A DNA stretch of 64,000 nt from an uncultured Coriobacteriia bacterium (lineage in GTDB: Bacteria; Actinomycetota; Coriobacteriia; Coriobacteriales; QAMH01), in assembly GCA_959608885.1 (NCBI GenBank), contig CAUHSG010000010.1, positions 2,441 to 66,440 on the forward strand, written 5' to 3'. Below, piece after piece: positions 18,665 through 27,709 of the stretch; position 1 is the stretch's first letter, and each line of letters starts with the position of its first letter. The notes under the pieces are model-generated. The model did not search any database. It saw nothing but the letters and a program-made list of their open reading frames with translations, and was not told where the DNA came from. Position numbers and translations under genes: made by a program.

Positions 18665-19650
18665 AAAGCCTCCCTGATTTCTAAGAACATTGCGTCAATC
18701 GCAAGTTGCGGTGTCACATTATACGAGATGCGCGCCGCGGCCCTCTTGGCGGCATCGAGCGCGCTCAGCAAGCCTGCACTGCCCGTCGTCTGTGCGACAT
18801 ACGCGGTCTGACCGGCGCATTCGGGATATGCGAGCAGCTCGGAGCCCCCCTCACGCGTGACGAGGCAATCGCGCAGCCACGCACGCGTGAGCGCGCAGAA
18901 CTCGAATAGCGCCGCACGTTCATGTGCGGTTGCCTCGCGCTTGCCCGCGAGTTCGATTTGCTTCTTGGCACCTTGCGAGAGGTAATCGTCGTACTTCTCG
19001 ATATATGCCTCGACATCGAGGTCATCGTCGCCCATCTCCGCGGCTTTCTCACGCGCAAGCTCGACGAAGCGCTTGGAATTGCCGAGTAGCGTGCGATTGT
19101 TGCAATCGCGCGCAAGGGCGTAGAGCATGTCGAAGACCTGAGCGTTTCCGGCGCGTACGCCCGAAGCGGCATTGAGCACGAGTACCTCGCAGCGGCTGCG
19201 CAGCGTCTCGAGCACGGCAGATTCGCTGTTGGCGACGAGAATGCAGGTGACATCGTGCGGCGGCTCCTCAAGCGTCTTGAGGAAGGCGTTTGCCGGTGCC
19301 CCCGCCAGACGGTGGGCGTCCTGGATGATGTAGACCTTGTTCGCAGCACGGATGGGAGCAAGCTCGGCATCGTGCGTGAGCTCGCGGATCTGCTCGACGA
19401 GATAGCCATCCGCACCACCGGGCGTGCAAATGTGCAGGTCTGGATGGACGCGTCGCAGGGTCTCGTCTTGCGCCTGCGCATCACCGACCGCGATAAGCCC
19501 GGCGGCAAAGCGCAGCGCGATATCGGTGCCCAGCCTGTCGTCACCCCCGGCGATGAGATAGGCGTGCGTGGCGCTGCCCGTATCGTGCACGTGCTGCAGG
19601 TACGACGTCACCTGATCCTGCCCGACGATTCCCTCGAAGAGATCGCTCAT
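18655..19650 (-). CDS. holB: DNA polymerase III delta-prime subunit
   Basis: AYLIAGGD.. and FLKTLEEPPHDV motifs. ATG 19650 overlaps the tmk stop as ATGA. Confidence 0.8.
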   Translation of the reverse strand: MSDLFEGIVGQDQVTSYLQHVHDTGSATHAYLIAGGDDRLGTDIALRFAAGLIAVGDAQAQDETLRRVHPDLHICTPGGADGYLVEQIRELTHDAELAPIRAANKVYIIQDAHRLAGAPANAFLKTLEEPPHDVTCILVANSESAVLETLRSRCEVLVLNAASGVRAGNAQVFDMLYALARDCNNRTLLGNSKRFVELAREKAAEMGDDDLDVEAYIEKYDDYLSQGAKKQIELAGKREATAHERAALFEFCALTRAWLRDCLVTREGGSELLAYPECAGQTAYVAQTTGSAGLLSALDAAKRAAARISYNVTPQLAIDAMFLEIREALCH

Positions 19651-20375
19651 GAGCGCTCCTCCGCCCCGGAATCCGCCGAACAAGACAAATGTCGCCGGGG
19701 CAGTTTTGTCTGGTTTCGCAGGTTCAGGTCAAGCAAATCGACGATGCCATCGCGAATGCGCTCGTGCACCTGCTCGACGCTTCCGTTTGCGTCGACGATG
19801 CGCACACGCTCGGGCTCGGCGGCGGCGATCTCATCAAAGCCCGCGCGCAGACGTGTGCGAAACGCATCGCCGGCAGACTCCATGCGATCACCCGTGCCAT
19901 CGGCAGAGCGGCTCTCGACGCGCTCGCGCGCGACATCGTCATCGAGCACGAGCAACAGCGTGCGATCCGGATAGCGACCGCCGCAGGCAAGATCGTTCGT
20001 GGAGCGCACGAGGTTCGCGCCAAGCTCGCGGCCGTAGCCCTGGTAAGCGAGCGTGGAGTCGGTGAAGCGATCGCAGACGACGACCTCGCCGCGTGCAAGG
20101 GCGGGCTCGATGACCTCGTCCATCACCTGGGCGCGCGCCGCTTCGAAGAGCAGGAGCTCGGCGAGCGGTGTCATCGCGTCATCTTCCTTATCGAGGAGTA
20201 GCGCGCGGATCTTCTCGCCTAGGCGCGTACCGCCCGGCTCGTGCACGCGCAGCACCGTGCGACCCTGCTGCTCGAGCCAGCTGGCGAGAAGGTCGGCCTG
20301 CGTCGACTTGCCAACGCCGTCGTCGCCTTCGAGCGTGAGGAATATGCCCTCGGTGCTATCTGGTTTGCTATCCAT
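19647..20375 (-). CDS. tmk: thymidylate (dTMP) kinase with REP-encoded C-terminal extension
   Basis: P-loop LEGDDGVGKSTQ. The last ~26 residues (RNQTKLPRRHLSCSADSGAEERS) are read through REP 19681-19715. Confidence 0.9.
   Translation of the reverse strand: MDSKPDSTEGIFLTLEGDDGVGKSTQADLLASWLEQQGRTVLRVHEPGGTRLGEKIRALLLDKEDDAMTPLAELLLFEAARAQVMDEVIEPALARGEVVVCDRFTDSTLAYQGYGRELGANLVRSTNDLACGGRYPDRTLLLVLDDDVARERVESRSADGTGDRMESAGDAFRTRLRAGFDEIAAAEPERVRIVDANGSVEQVHERIRDGIVDLLDLNLRNQTKLPRRHLSCSADSGAEERS
19681..19715. repeat. REP-like palindromic element type 1 (orientation B) inside the tmk 3' end
   Basis: CAAGACAAATGTCGCCGGGGCAGTTTTGTCTGGTT. Confidence 0.85.
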
Positions 20376-20393
20376 GCGGATACGATGCTCCGT

Positions 20394-22943
20394 CTACTTC
20401 TTGGCGGTCTTCTTCTTGGCGGTCTTCTTCTTGGCCGTCGTCTTCTTTTTGGCCCCGCCGCTCGACTTCTTGGCCTTGTCGGCCTTCTCCTTTTCGCGCT
20501 TGGGGCAGTTCATGTTCACGCAGATACGCCACGGACCGCGTGCCGTCGACACGACGACCTCGGGCGCACCGCACTCGTCGCAGACCTCACCCGTGGCGGT
20601 GATATCGCCGCGCTGCGGCAGCGGGTAGCTCACGTCGCACTGCTCAAAGTTCTCGCAGCGGATAAAGCGCTTGAGCGTACGCGGGTTCTTCTGCGCGATG
20701 AGCTTGCCCTCGCGACCGGCCTCTTTGCAGACCGCGCACTCGCCGACGACAATTTCCTCCATCTTGTTGGTGGGGCACTCGGGGTCGAGACAGTGGTTGT
20801 ACGGCTTCTGCCTGAACGGCGTAACCTTGATCTGTGGGCCGCCGCAGGTGGAACACGGCTCCTCGAGCGCCTCGTAGCGGCCCTGCGGTAGCGGGTAGGT
20901 CACGTCACAATCCGGCCAGTTGTTGCAGCCGACGAAGCTCGAACGCGTCTTGGCCGAGGTCTTCACGCACAGGTCACCGCCGCACTTGGGGCAGACGCCC
21001 ACACGACTGTCGGCCGTGACCGCGTCGGAAATCATGTCGGCGATCGCGTCCTTCTCGGGGATGAGGGCGTCGATGATGCCGCCGAGCAGCTCGCGCGAGT
21101 GCAGCACAACCTCGTCACGCTGGCGCTTGCCATCGGCGACCTGCGTCATCTCGCCTTCGAGCTCGGCGGTCATGTCGGGCGTCGTGATGGTCTTGGCGAA
21201 CTTCTCGAGCGCGTCGATGATGGCGATGCCAAGCTGGGTGGGCTCGATGGGGTCATTCACGATGTAATGACGGCTGTAGAGGCGCTCGATCATGTCGTGG
21301 CGCGTGGCCTTCGTGCCCAGGCCCTTTGCTTCCATCTCCTGCACGAGCTTGCCCGACGAGAAGCGCGCGGGAGGCTCGGTCTGCTTGTGGGCGCAATCGG
21401 CATCCCAGAAGTCGAGCGTCTGGCCCTCAATGAGAGGCGGCATCTGCTCGTCCTTCTTGAGGCCGTACGGATACACGCTGCGATAACCCGGCTCGACGAG
21501 CACGTCACCGCGAGCGGTGAAGGGCTCGCCCTCGACATCGAGCGTAACCTTGGTGGATTCGAGGACGGCAGCCTCGGACAGCGTCGCCATGAAACGGCGG
21601 CAGATGAGGCTGTAGAGCTTCCACTCCTCAGGACGCAGCTTGTCGGGATCGGCAGCGCCCGTGGGATAGATGGGCGGGTGGTCGGTCGTCTCCTGCTTGC
21701 CGCGCGTGGCCGTGAGCTTGCCCTTGGCAAGCAGCATCTCGGCGCCCTCGCGGAAGTCGGGGACCTTGGCGAGGATGTTGAGCACCTCGCGCAAATCGAG
21801 GTTGTCGGGGTACACGGTGTTGTCAACGCGCGGATACGAGGTGTAGCCGTTCATGTAGAGCGACTCGGCGATGCGCATGGTGCGCGCCGGCTTGATGCCG
21901 ATGGAGCTTGCCGCCGCCATGAGCGAGGTGGTGTTGAACGGAGCCGGCGGGTTGGACTTGCGGCGCTTCTTCTCGATGGTGCCGACCGTCGCCTCGCTCG
22001 CGTTGGCGATGCGAGCCATGACGCCGTCCGCCTCGTCCTTATCCTTGAAACGCGCGGTGGCATGCGTGGCGGTGAAGGCATCGTCATGCTCGCCCTTGAG
22101 TGCGGCGGTGCCGGTGATGACCCAGTAGTCCTCGGGAATGAAGGCATCGCGCTCCTTCTCGCGCTCGACCACGAGGGCCAGCGTCGGGGTCTGGACGCGA
22201 CCGGCGGAGCGTGTGTTGCCGATGCCGCTGTACTTCACGCAGGTGAGGTAGCGCGTGAGCACGGCACCCCAGATGAGGTCAATGTACTGGCGTGTCTCGC
22301 CGGCATGCGCGAGGTCATAGTCGAGCGTCTGCAGCTTGGCGGGAGAGAACGCATCCTCGATCTCCTTCTTCACGAAGGCCGAGTAGCGGGCGCGCGTGAT
22401 GGGGGCGGTCTCGTTCACCTCGCGTACCACGGAGATGGCGTCGAGGCCGATGAGTTCGCCCTCGCGGTCGAAGTCGGTGGCGATGACGATATCGTCGGCC
22501 TTCTTCGCGAGGTTCTTGAGCGAGCGGATGATGTCCTTCTCGGCCGGAAGCTTGACGATGGGCGCGTAGGTGAGATAGGGCAACGAAGGAATCTTCCAGC
22601 CCTTGAGATTGATGCCCTCGGGAATGTAGGGACGACGTTTCGACTTCCACGGCGGCGTGGGAAGCGACTTGGGGACGTCCGGCGCGTCGATGACCTCGCC
22701 GTCTTCTTCGAGACCGACCCAGCCGTTCTTCTTCTTGTAGATGAGCTCCTGCGGGAAGTCGAGACCGAGGATGTGACCCTTGAGTCCGATGGCGACGCAC
22801 TCGTGACCATCGCGATTGAAGCGATATACAGGCGTGTTGTAGACCTTGTCGTCAACGGGCTTGCCGCCCTGGGCAAGGAGACGCGAGATCTGCTGCGCTG
22901 CGATGTTCTTCTCGGTAATGATCAGTTCCATGTTGTCCATCAC
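20394..22943 (-). CDS. topA: type IA DNA topoisomerase (TopA) with four C-terminal zinc ribbons and a Lys-rich tail
   Basis: TOPRIM (ELIITEK.., ATDFDREGELIG). Four Cys4 modules (CPKCGG..CNNWPDC, CSTCGG..CLDPEC, CAVC..CENFEQC, CDECG..CVNMNC). The tail is KKKTTAKKKTAKKKTAKK. Sits in the topA-tmk-holB neighbourhood. Confidence 0.9.
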   Translation of the reverse strand: MMDNMELIITEKNIAAQQISRLLAQGGKPVDDKVYNTPVYRFNRDGHECVAIGLKGHILGLDFPQELIYKKKNGWVGLEEDGEVIDAPDVPKSLPTPPWKSKRRPYIPEGINLKGWKIPSLPYLTYAPIVKLPAEKDIIRSLKNLAKKADDIVIATDFDREGELIGLDAISVVREVNETAPITRARYSAFVKKEIEDAFSPAKLQTLDYDLAHAGETRQYIDLIWGAVLTRYLTCVKYSGIGNTRSAGRVQTPTLALVVEREKERDAFIPEDYWVITGTAALKGEHDDAFTATHATARFKDKDEADGVMARIANASEATVGTIEKKRRKSNPPAPFNTTSLMAAASSIGIKPARTMRIAESLYMNGYTSYPRVDNTVYPDNLDLREVLNILAKVPDFREGAEMLLAKGKLTATRGKQETTDHPPIYPTGAADPDKLRPEEWKLYSLICRRFMATLSEAAVLESTKVTLDVEGEPFTARGDVLVEPGYRSVYPYGLKKDEQMPPLIEGQTLDFWDADCAHKQTEPPARFSSGKLVQEMEAKGLGTKATRHDMIERLYSRHYIVNDPIEPTQLGIAIIDALEKFAKTITTPDMTAELEGEMTQVADGKRQRDEVVLHSRELLGGIIDALIPEKDAIADMISDAVTADSRVGVCPKCGGDLCVKTSAKTRSSFVGCNNWPDCDVTYPLPQGRYEALEEPCSTCGGPQIKVTPFRQKPYNHCLDPECPTNKMEEIVVGECAVCKEAGREGKLIAQKNPRTLKRFIRCENFEQCDVSYPLPQRGDITATGEVCDECGAPEVVVSTARGPWRICVNMNCPKREKEKADKAKKSSGGAKKKTTAKKKTAKKKTAKK

Positions 22944-22976
22944 TCACTCGTTTTTGCTGCGTACTTGTAGACAGCT

Positions 22977-23957
22977 ATGGCTTACAATTACCCGCGGATA
23001 CAGGCGGGCGGGGCCGAAAGGCCTCAGTTGCTCGATTTTAACCATATATATAAGGTTCTGGCTACCTCCATTTTGGAAACGATTAGCCCCACGCGCTGTG
23101 TCGTATGCGACGAGCCCGGCGATGTCCTCTGCGCACGCTGCGCCGCCTCCCTCCCCTTCATCGACCTCGCGCTTGCGTGCTCGCGTTGCGGCGCACCCTA
23201 TGGGCATGCGCTGTGCACCGAGTGCCCCATGCCCGGCAGCGAGGCTGCGCTGCAGCATCCCGAAGAGGCGTTCCCGTTCACGCGCGCGCGGGCGGCACTT
23301 TCGTTCGAAGAAGGCGCGAAGAAGGTCATCCGTACCTACAAGGACGGTGACGAGCTGCGACTCGACGCAGTCATCGCGTCGATCATCTGCTCCGCGATCC
23401 GCATGAGACAAATGGACAGGTCACTTGTCTCACTATCGACAGGTACCAGTAATTTTTGGGACAAATGGACAGGTCATTTGTCTCAAAGCTTCAGCGAGGC
23501 AGAGCAGAGTCAAGAAATCGCCTCGCCCCCTCTTCGCGACTGGTCACAATGGGCAGGTGCGCTCGTGTACGTCCCGGCTTCGCCCGAAGCGTTGTTGAGA
23601 CGCGGGTTCGACCACATGGAGCGCGTGGCACGGATTGTTGCGCAACGCACGGGGCTGCCACTCGTGCGGGCACTCGAAAGCGGCAAGGGCGCGCAGGATC
23701 AACGCAATCTGGGGCGCAGCGAGCGATTGGCAAATCGCAGCGAAAGCTTTTCGCTGGCGGATAGCATGCGACCGGGAGCGCGGAGGACGGCTGACACGGG
23801 CAATCAGGCGGTGATGAGCGCGGATGTGGTGCCGCGGCGCATCATCCTCATCGATGACGTCTTCACGACAGGCGCGACGCTCTCGGCAGCAACGCGGGTG
23901 CTCCTCGGCGGTGGCGCTCACGAGGTCCGTGTCGTCACTTGCTGCCGCGTGTGGTGA
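22977..23957 (+). CDS. comF: ComF family protein (PRTase-like), start uncertain
   Basis: N-terminal CVVCDEPGDVLCARC..CSRCGAPYGHALCTEC and C-terminal PRT motif ILIDDVFTTGATL. The middle contains two type-2 hairpin repeats read in frame. Confidence 0.75.
   Translation: MAYNYPRIQAGGAERPQLLDFNHIYKVLATSILETISPTRCVVCDEPGDVLCARCAASLPFIDLALACSRCGAPYGHALCTECPMPGSEAALQHPEEAFPFTRARAALSFEEGAKKVIRTYKDGDELRLDAVIASIICSAIRMRQMDRSLVSLSTGTSNFWDKWTGHLSQSFSEAEQSQEIASPPLRDWSQWAGALVYVPASPEALLRRGFDHMERVARIVAQRTGLPLVRALESGKGAQDQRNLGRSERLANRSESFSLADSMRPGARRTADTGNQAVMSADVVPRRIILIDDVFTTGATLSAATRVLLGGGAHEVRVVTCCRVW
23404..23485. repeat. two type-2 hairpin repeats (23404-23432 and 23458-23485) inside comF
   Basis: TGAGACAAATGGACAGGTCACTTGTCTCA and GGGACAAATGGACAGGTCATTTGTCTCA. 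Confidence 0.8.
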
Positions 23958-23991
23958 CCAGACAATTGTCGCCGGGGCACTTTTGTCTTAT
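23957..23991. repeat. REP-like palindromic element type 1 (orientation B)
   Basis: ACCAGACAATTGTCGCCGGGGCACTTTTGTCTTAT starts at the last base of the comF stop codon. Confidence 0.85.
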
Positions 23992-24146
23992 TCGCCCGGT
24001 TACGAACCACTTGTCACATCAAGAAGAGCTTGGAACTCAGGGCAAGTCCGATATTGCTCGGTTATCAGTCTGCTATCAATCGGCTTTCATTCCATAATCG
24101 TCCAGATTGCTGGGGTAGATGTCTCGGCGCTCTCCCACATAGCATG

Positions 24147-24180
24147 GGACAAATGTCGCCGGGGCACTTTTGTCTGGTTT
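24147..24180. repeat. REP-like palindromic element type 1 (orientation B)
   Basis: GGGACAAATGTCGCCGGGGCACTTTTGTCTGGTT, 39 nt upstream of the RAYT ATG. Confidence 0.85.
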
Positions 24181-24218
24181 CGAGACATTTGCCACATTAC
24201 GATGAGATGGGAGTCCGC

Positions 24219-24971
24219 ATGTCCAAACATCGAATAAAAAGTGAGGGAGATATCTATCATGTAACCTCACGAGGAACAGGAAAACAGCTGATCTTTGAAG
24301 ATGACGATGACCGCCGGTTTTTTCTCCGCCTGCTTCACGAGACCCTTTCGAGTCACGCCGTCGATCTGTACGCCTGGTGCTTGATGGACAATCATTTTCA
24401 TTTGCTTCTTCATGGCGCGCTCGAAACCGTATCACTATGCATGCGTCATCTTTGCAGCAGCTATGCACGCCGATTCAACGAAAGAGCCGGTCGCACGGGA
24501 CATCTCTTTCAGGGGCGTTTCGGAAGTGAGGCAATCGATACCGACGCCTATTTGCTAATTGTCGTCAGGTACATTCACAAGAATCCCGAGAAGGCGGGGC
24601 TCGCGCACACTTCAGCGTATCGCTGGTCAAGCTACCGAGAGTATCTCGGGCATCCGACACTCTGTAAAACGCAGTTCGTCCTTGATGTATTTGGTGACAA
24701 GCAGGCGTTCGCAAGTTTTCATGCGCAGAATGACGAAGAGGCCGGATGTCTGGATGTTGACATGTCCAGAATGGCAAAGAGAAAAGCAATTGACGCACGG
24801 GCACTTCGCAAGGCGCAGAGAGTCATGGCTGGTATGAAATTGACCGACCTCAAGACGCTCCCGAAGAAAACCCGCGATGCACATCTTCGTGACATGAAAC
24901 GGTCCGGCCTTTCCATTCGCCAGATAGAGCGACTCACCGGAATAGGGCGCAATGTAGTCGCCAACGCATAA
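24219..24971 (+). CDS. rayT: REP-associated tyrosine transposase (RAYT; IS200/IS605-like Y1 HUH enzyme) with C-terminal DnaA_C-like HTH
   Basis: HUH motif CLMDNHFHLLLHG and Tyr motif VRYIHKNPEKAGL. The C-terminus SGLSIRQIERLTGIGRNVVANA is HTH-like. ATG 24219 is preceded by GATGGGAG. Confidence 0.85.
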   Translation: MSKHRIKSEGDIYHVTSRGTGKQLIFEDDDDRRFFLRLLHETLSSHAVDLYAWCLMDNHFHLLLHGALETVSLCMRHLCSSYARRFNERAGRTGHLFQGRFGSEAIDTDAYLLIVVRYIHKNPEKAGLAHTSAYRWSSYREYLGHPTLCKTQFVLDVFGDKQAFASFHAQNDEEAGCLDVDMSRMAKRKAIDARALRKAQRVMAGMKLTDLKTLPKKTRDAHLRDMKRSGLSIRQIERLTGIGRNVVANA

Positions 24972-25005
24972 TCAGACAAAACTGCTCCGGCGACTTTTGT
25001 CTCAT
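24971..25005. repeat. REP-like palindromic element type 1 (orientation A)
   Basis: ATCAGACAAAACTGCTCCGGCGACTTTTGTCTCAT overlaps the stop codons of both the RAYT gene and the convergent NhaC gene. Confidence 0.85.
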
Positions 25006-26300
25006 TTGCGGTTGAGGGCGATGCTGATGAGCACGCAGGCAAGCAACAGGAACTGGTAGAACAAGAACGGCATGATCTCGATGCTCGCGATGCCGGCGAG
25101 ACTCGCTGCGACGAGAAGCTGCGCGCCGTAGGGGATGATGCCCTGCCCGATGCAGCTGAAGATGTCGATGAGGCTCGCGACGCGCACGGGCTCGATACCG
25201 TACTCCTCGCCGATGTGCTTGGCGATGGGACCGGAAACCACGATGGCTACCGTATTGTTCGCGCAGGCTACGTCGAGCAGCAGCGTGAGCAGGCCACAGC
25301 CGAGCTCGCCACCGCGCTTGCCGGTGAAATGCCGCTTGATGAAGGCCAAAATGGACGCGAAGCCCCCGTGCTCCCGCATGAGCGCGCTGATCGATGCCAC
25401 CAGAATCGTGACGATCATCGTCTCGAACATGCCCGCCGTTCCCGTGCCCATGGCCGAGAACGCGCTCGCGAAATCGAGCGATCCCGTCACCGTGCCCACG
25501 ATGGCGAACAGCACGATGCCGCCGCCAAGCACGAGAAAGACGTTGATGCCGCACAACGCAGCGATGAGCACGACGAAGTACGGAATCGCCTGCCAGATGT
25601 TGTACTCGAAATCGTCGAGCGAGGGCGTGCCGGCCATAATCGCCATCACGATGAGAATGCCGAGCGTGATGAGCGCCGCCGGCAAGGCGATGTGGAAGTT
25701 GTTGAAGAACTTATCCTTCATGTTGACGCCCTGCGTGCGGGTCGCCGCGATCGTGGTATCCGAGATGAACGAGAGGTTGTCGCCGAACATCGCGCCGCCC
25801 ACGACGGTTCCCACGCACAGCGGCAGGTTGAAGCCCGCGCTGGCTGCGACCGTCACCGCAATGGGCGTGAGCACCGTGATAGTTCCCACGCTCGTGCCCA
25901 TGGCGAGCGAGATGATGCAGGCGATGACGAAGAGGCCGGGGATGGCCGCCTGGGCGGGCAGGATGTCGAGCAGCAGGTTCGCCGTGCTCTCGGCCCCGCC
26001 GGCCGCGCTCGCGATGCCGGAAAACGCACCGGCCATCAGGAAGATGAAGAGCATGATGACGATGTTGTCGTCACCGATGCCGCGTGCGCACACGTGAATC
26101 TTCTCGTCGAAGGACAGCGAACGGTTCTGCAGGAACGCGACGACGAGCGCGATAACGAAGGCCACGACGACGCTCACCACGTAGAAGCCCATCTGTCCTT
26201 CGGCGGGAGCGATGTACTCGAAATAGATGCCGCACCCGAGGTATAGCACCAGGAAGACGACGATGGGCAGCAATGCCTTTGCGTTTGGTTTCTTATCCAT
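25002..26300 (-). CDS. Na+/H+ antiporter NhaC family
   Basis: Polytopic membrane protein with NhaC-like segments (GDNLSFISDTTI, FSCIGQGIIPYGAQLL). I chose start MDKKPNAK; 26318 is an alternative. Confidence 0.8.
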   Translation of the reverse strand: MDKKPNAKALLPIVVFLVLYLGCGIYFEYIAPAEGQMGFYVVSVVVAFVIALVVAFLQNRSLSFDEKIHVCARGIGDDNIVIMLFIFLMAGAFSGIASAAGGAESTANLLLDILPAQAAIPGLFVIACIISLAMGTSVGTITVLTPIAVTVAASAGFNLPLCVGTVVGGAMFGDNLSFISDTTIAATRTQGVNMKDKFFNNFHIALPAALITLGILIVMAIMAGTPSLDDFEYNIWQAIPYFVVLIAALCGINVFLVLGGGIVLFAIVGTVTGSLDFASAFSAMGTGTAGMFETMIVTILVASISALMREHGGFASILAFIKRHFTGKRGGELGCGLLTLLLDVACANNTVAIVVSGPIAKHIGEEYGIEPVRVASLIDIFSCIGQGIIPYGAQLLVAASLAGIASIEIMPFLFYQFLLLACVLISIALNRK

Positions 26301-26405
26301 GTCGCACATAATAGCCAAAGTCTCATGCGGCGTGAACCCGCCGCATGCGGGCGCTTGGTGGTATCATCCGCCTAAGTGTTTTTAAGCGAAGGCGGTGCAA
26401 ACAGC

Positions 26406-27569
26406 ATGGTGGGAGAGAATCTTCCGCGTTCCCTGAAATGGCAGCCAGCGCTCGAGGGATGGGTTCCCAGCGCGTTGACCACGGCAAATCTTGATGATGC
26501 GGCAGCGCGGCTGACGGTGCTCGACCAGCGTCTCCTGCCACATTCGATTGATTACATCGACTGCTTCACCTCCAAGCAGGTGTGCGACGCAATCGAGGAG
26601 CTTGCGGTGCGCGGCGCCCCGGCTATCGGCATTGCCGGCGCGTTTGCCCTCGTGTTGTGGGCGAAGAACGAGTGGCCTGTCATCCGCGAGGCGAAGCGTC
26701 AGGCTAATCCCAAGAGCGATGTCGATTCCGTCACCGTGTTTGCGAGCAAGCTCGAGCAGCGTGGTCGAGAGATTGCGGCGGTGCGCCCGACGGCTGTCAA
26801 TCTCGCCTGGGCAATCAACGAGCTCGTGGCACCCGCGCGCATGGCGGCTTACCGAGGCGAAAGTGCTGACAGAATCACCGATGACCTCGAAGAGCATGCC
26901 TGCCAGCTCATGGAAGACGAGATCTACTCCTGCAAGCTCATCGGCGAGAACGGTGCCGTGATCATCTCCACGCTCGCCCAGCGCCTGGGCCGCCCTCTGC
27001 GCATCGAAACGCATTGCAATGCCGGTGCGCTCGCGACGGCTGCTTGGGGCACGGCGACGTCCATCATCTACCATGCTTTCGAGAACGGCGATGTAGAGAA
27101 GGTTTGGGTCGACGAGACCCGTCCCATTGAGCAAGGCGCGCGTCTTACCGCATGGGAGCTCGAGCAAGCCGGCGTGCCCTACACGCTCATCAGCGACAAC
27201 ATGGCCGGCTCCATCATGGGCCAGGGGCTCGTGGATGCCGTCATCGTTGGTGCCGACCGCGTCTGTGCCAACGGCGATGTGGCGAACAAGATCGGCACGT
27301 ATCCGCTGGCCATCGTGGCGAGCTATCATGGCGTGCCGTTCTTCGTGGCAGCTCCGCACTCGACCTTCGACAAGTCGCTCGTCACGGGCGATGAAGTCGT
27401 CATCGAGCAACGCGATGCCACCGAGGTGCGCTGCATGCCCTACGGTCACCAATGGCTTCCCATAGCGCCGACCGAGTGCGACGTGTTCAATCCCGCATTC
27501 GACATCACGCCGAACGAGCTCATCACCGGTGTCATCACCGAAACCGGCATCGAATTTGCCGGCGAGTAA
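26406..27569 (+). CDS. mtnA: S-methyl-5-thioribose-1-phosphate isomerase
   Basis: LDQRLLP, VRGAPAIGIAGAFAL, HCNAGALAT and VGADRVCANGDVANKIGTY motifs. Confidence 0.9.
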   Translation: MVGENLPRSLKWQPALEGWVPSALTTANLDDAAARLTVLDQRLLPHSIDYIDCFTSKQVCDAIEELAVRGAPAIGIAGAFALVLWAKNEWPVIREAKRQANPKSDVDSVTVFASKLEQRGREIAAVRPTAVNLAWAINELVAPARMAAYRGESADRITDDLEEHACQLMEDEIYSCKLIGENGAVIISTLAQRLGRPLRIETHCNAGALATAAWGTATSIIYHAFENGDVEKVWVDETRPIEQGARLTAWELEQAGVPYTLISDNMAGSIMGQGLVDAVIVGADRVCANGDVANKIGTYPLAIVASYHGVPFFVAAPHSTFDKSLVTGDEVVIEQRDATEVRCMPYGHQWLPIAPTECDVFNPAFDITPNELITGVITETGIEFAGE

Positions 27570-27571
27570 AC

Positions 27572-27602
27572 TGAGACAAAGTGGTCTGACCAACCTGTCT
27601 CA
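27572..27602. repeat. type-2 hairpin repeat
   Basis: TGAGACAAAGTGGTCTGACCAACCTGTCTCA, 3 nt after the mtnA stop. Confidence 0.8.
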
Positions 27603-27709
27603 TCGAGCCACTTGCCCGCAGGTACGAGCGGGCGCATCCTCCCCGCCCTGCATGTGGTAAAGTAGCGAGCTTGCAGGGAATCGAACGTAGGCATGCAAAG
27701 GACGTTTTC

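Larger units (their letters stand above)
23957..25005 (+). mobile_element. RAYT locus: REP-associated tyrosine transposase gene bracketed by oppositely oriented REPs
   Basis: REPs at 23957-23991 and 24147-24180 (both orientation B) lie upstream and 24971-25005 (orientation A) downstream of the Y1/HUH transposase gene. The gene body is visibly AT-richer than its neighbours. Confidence 0.75.
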
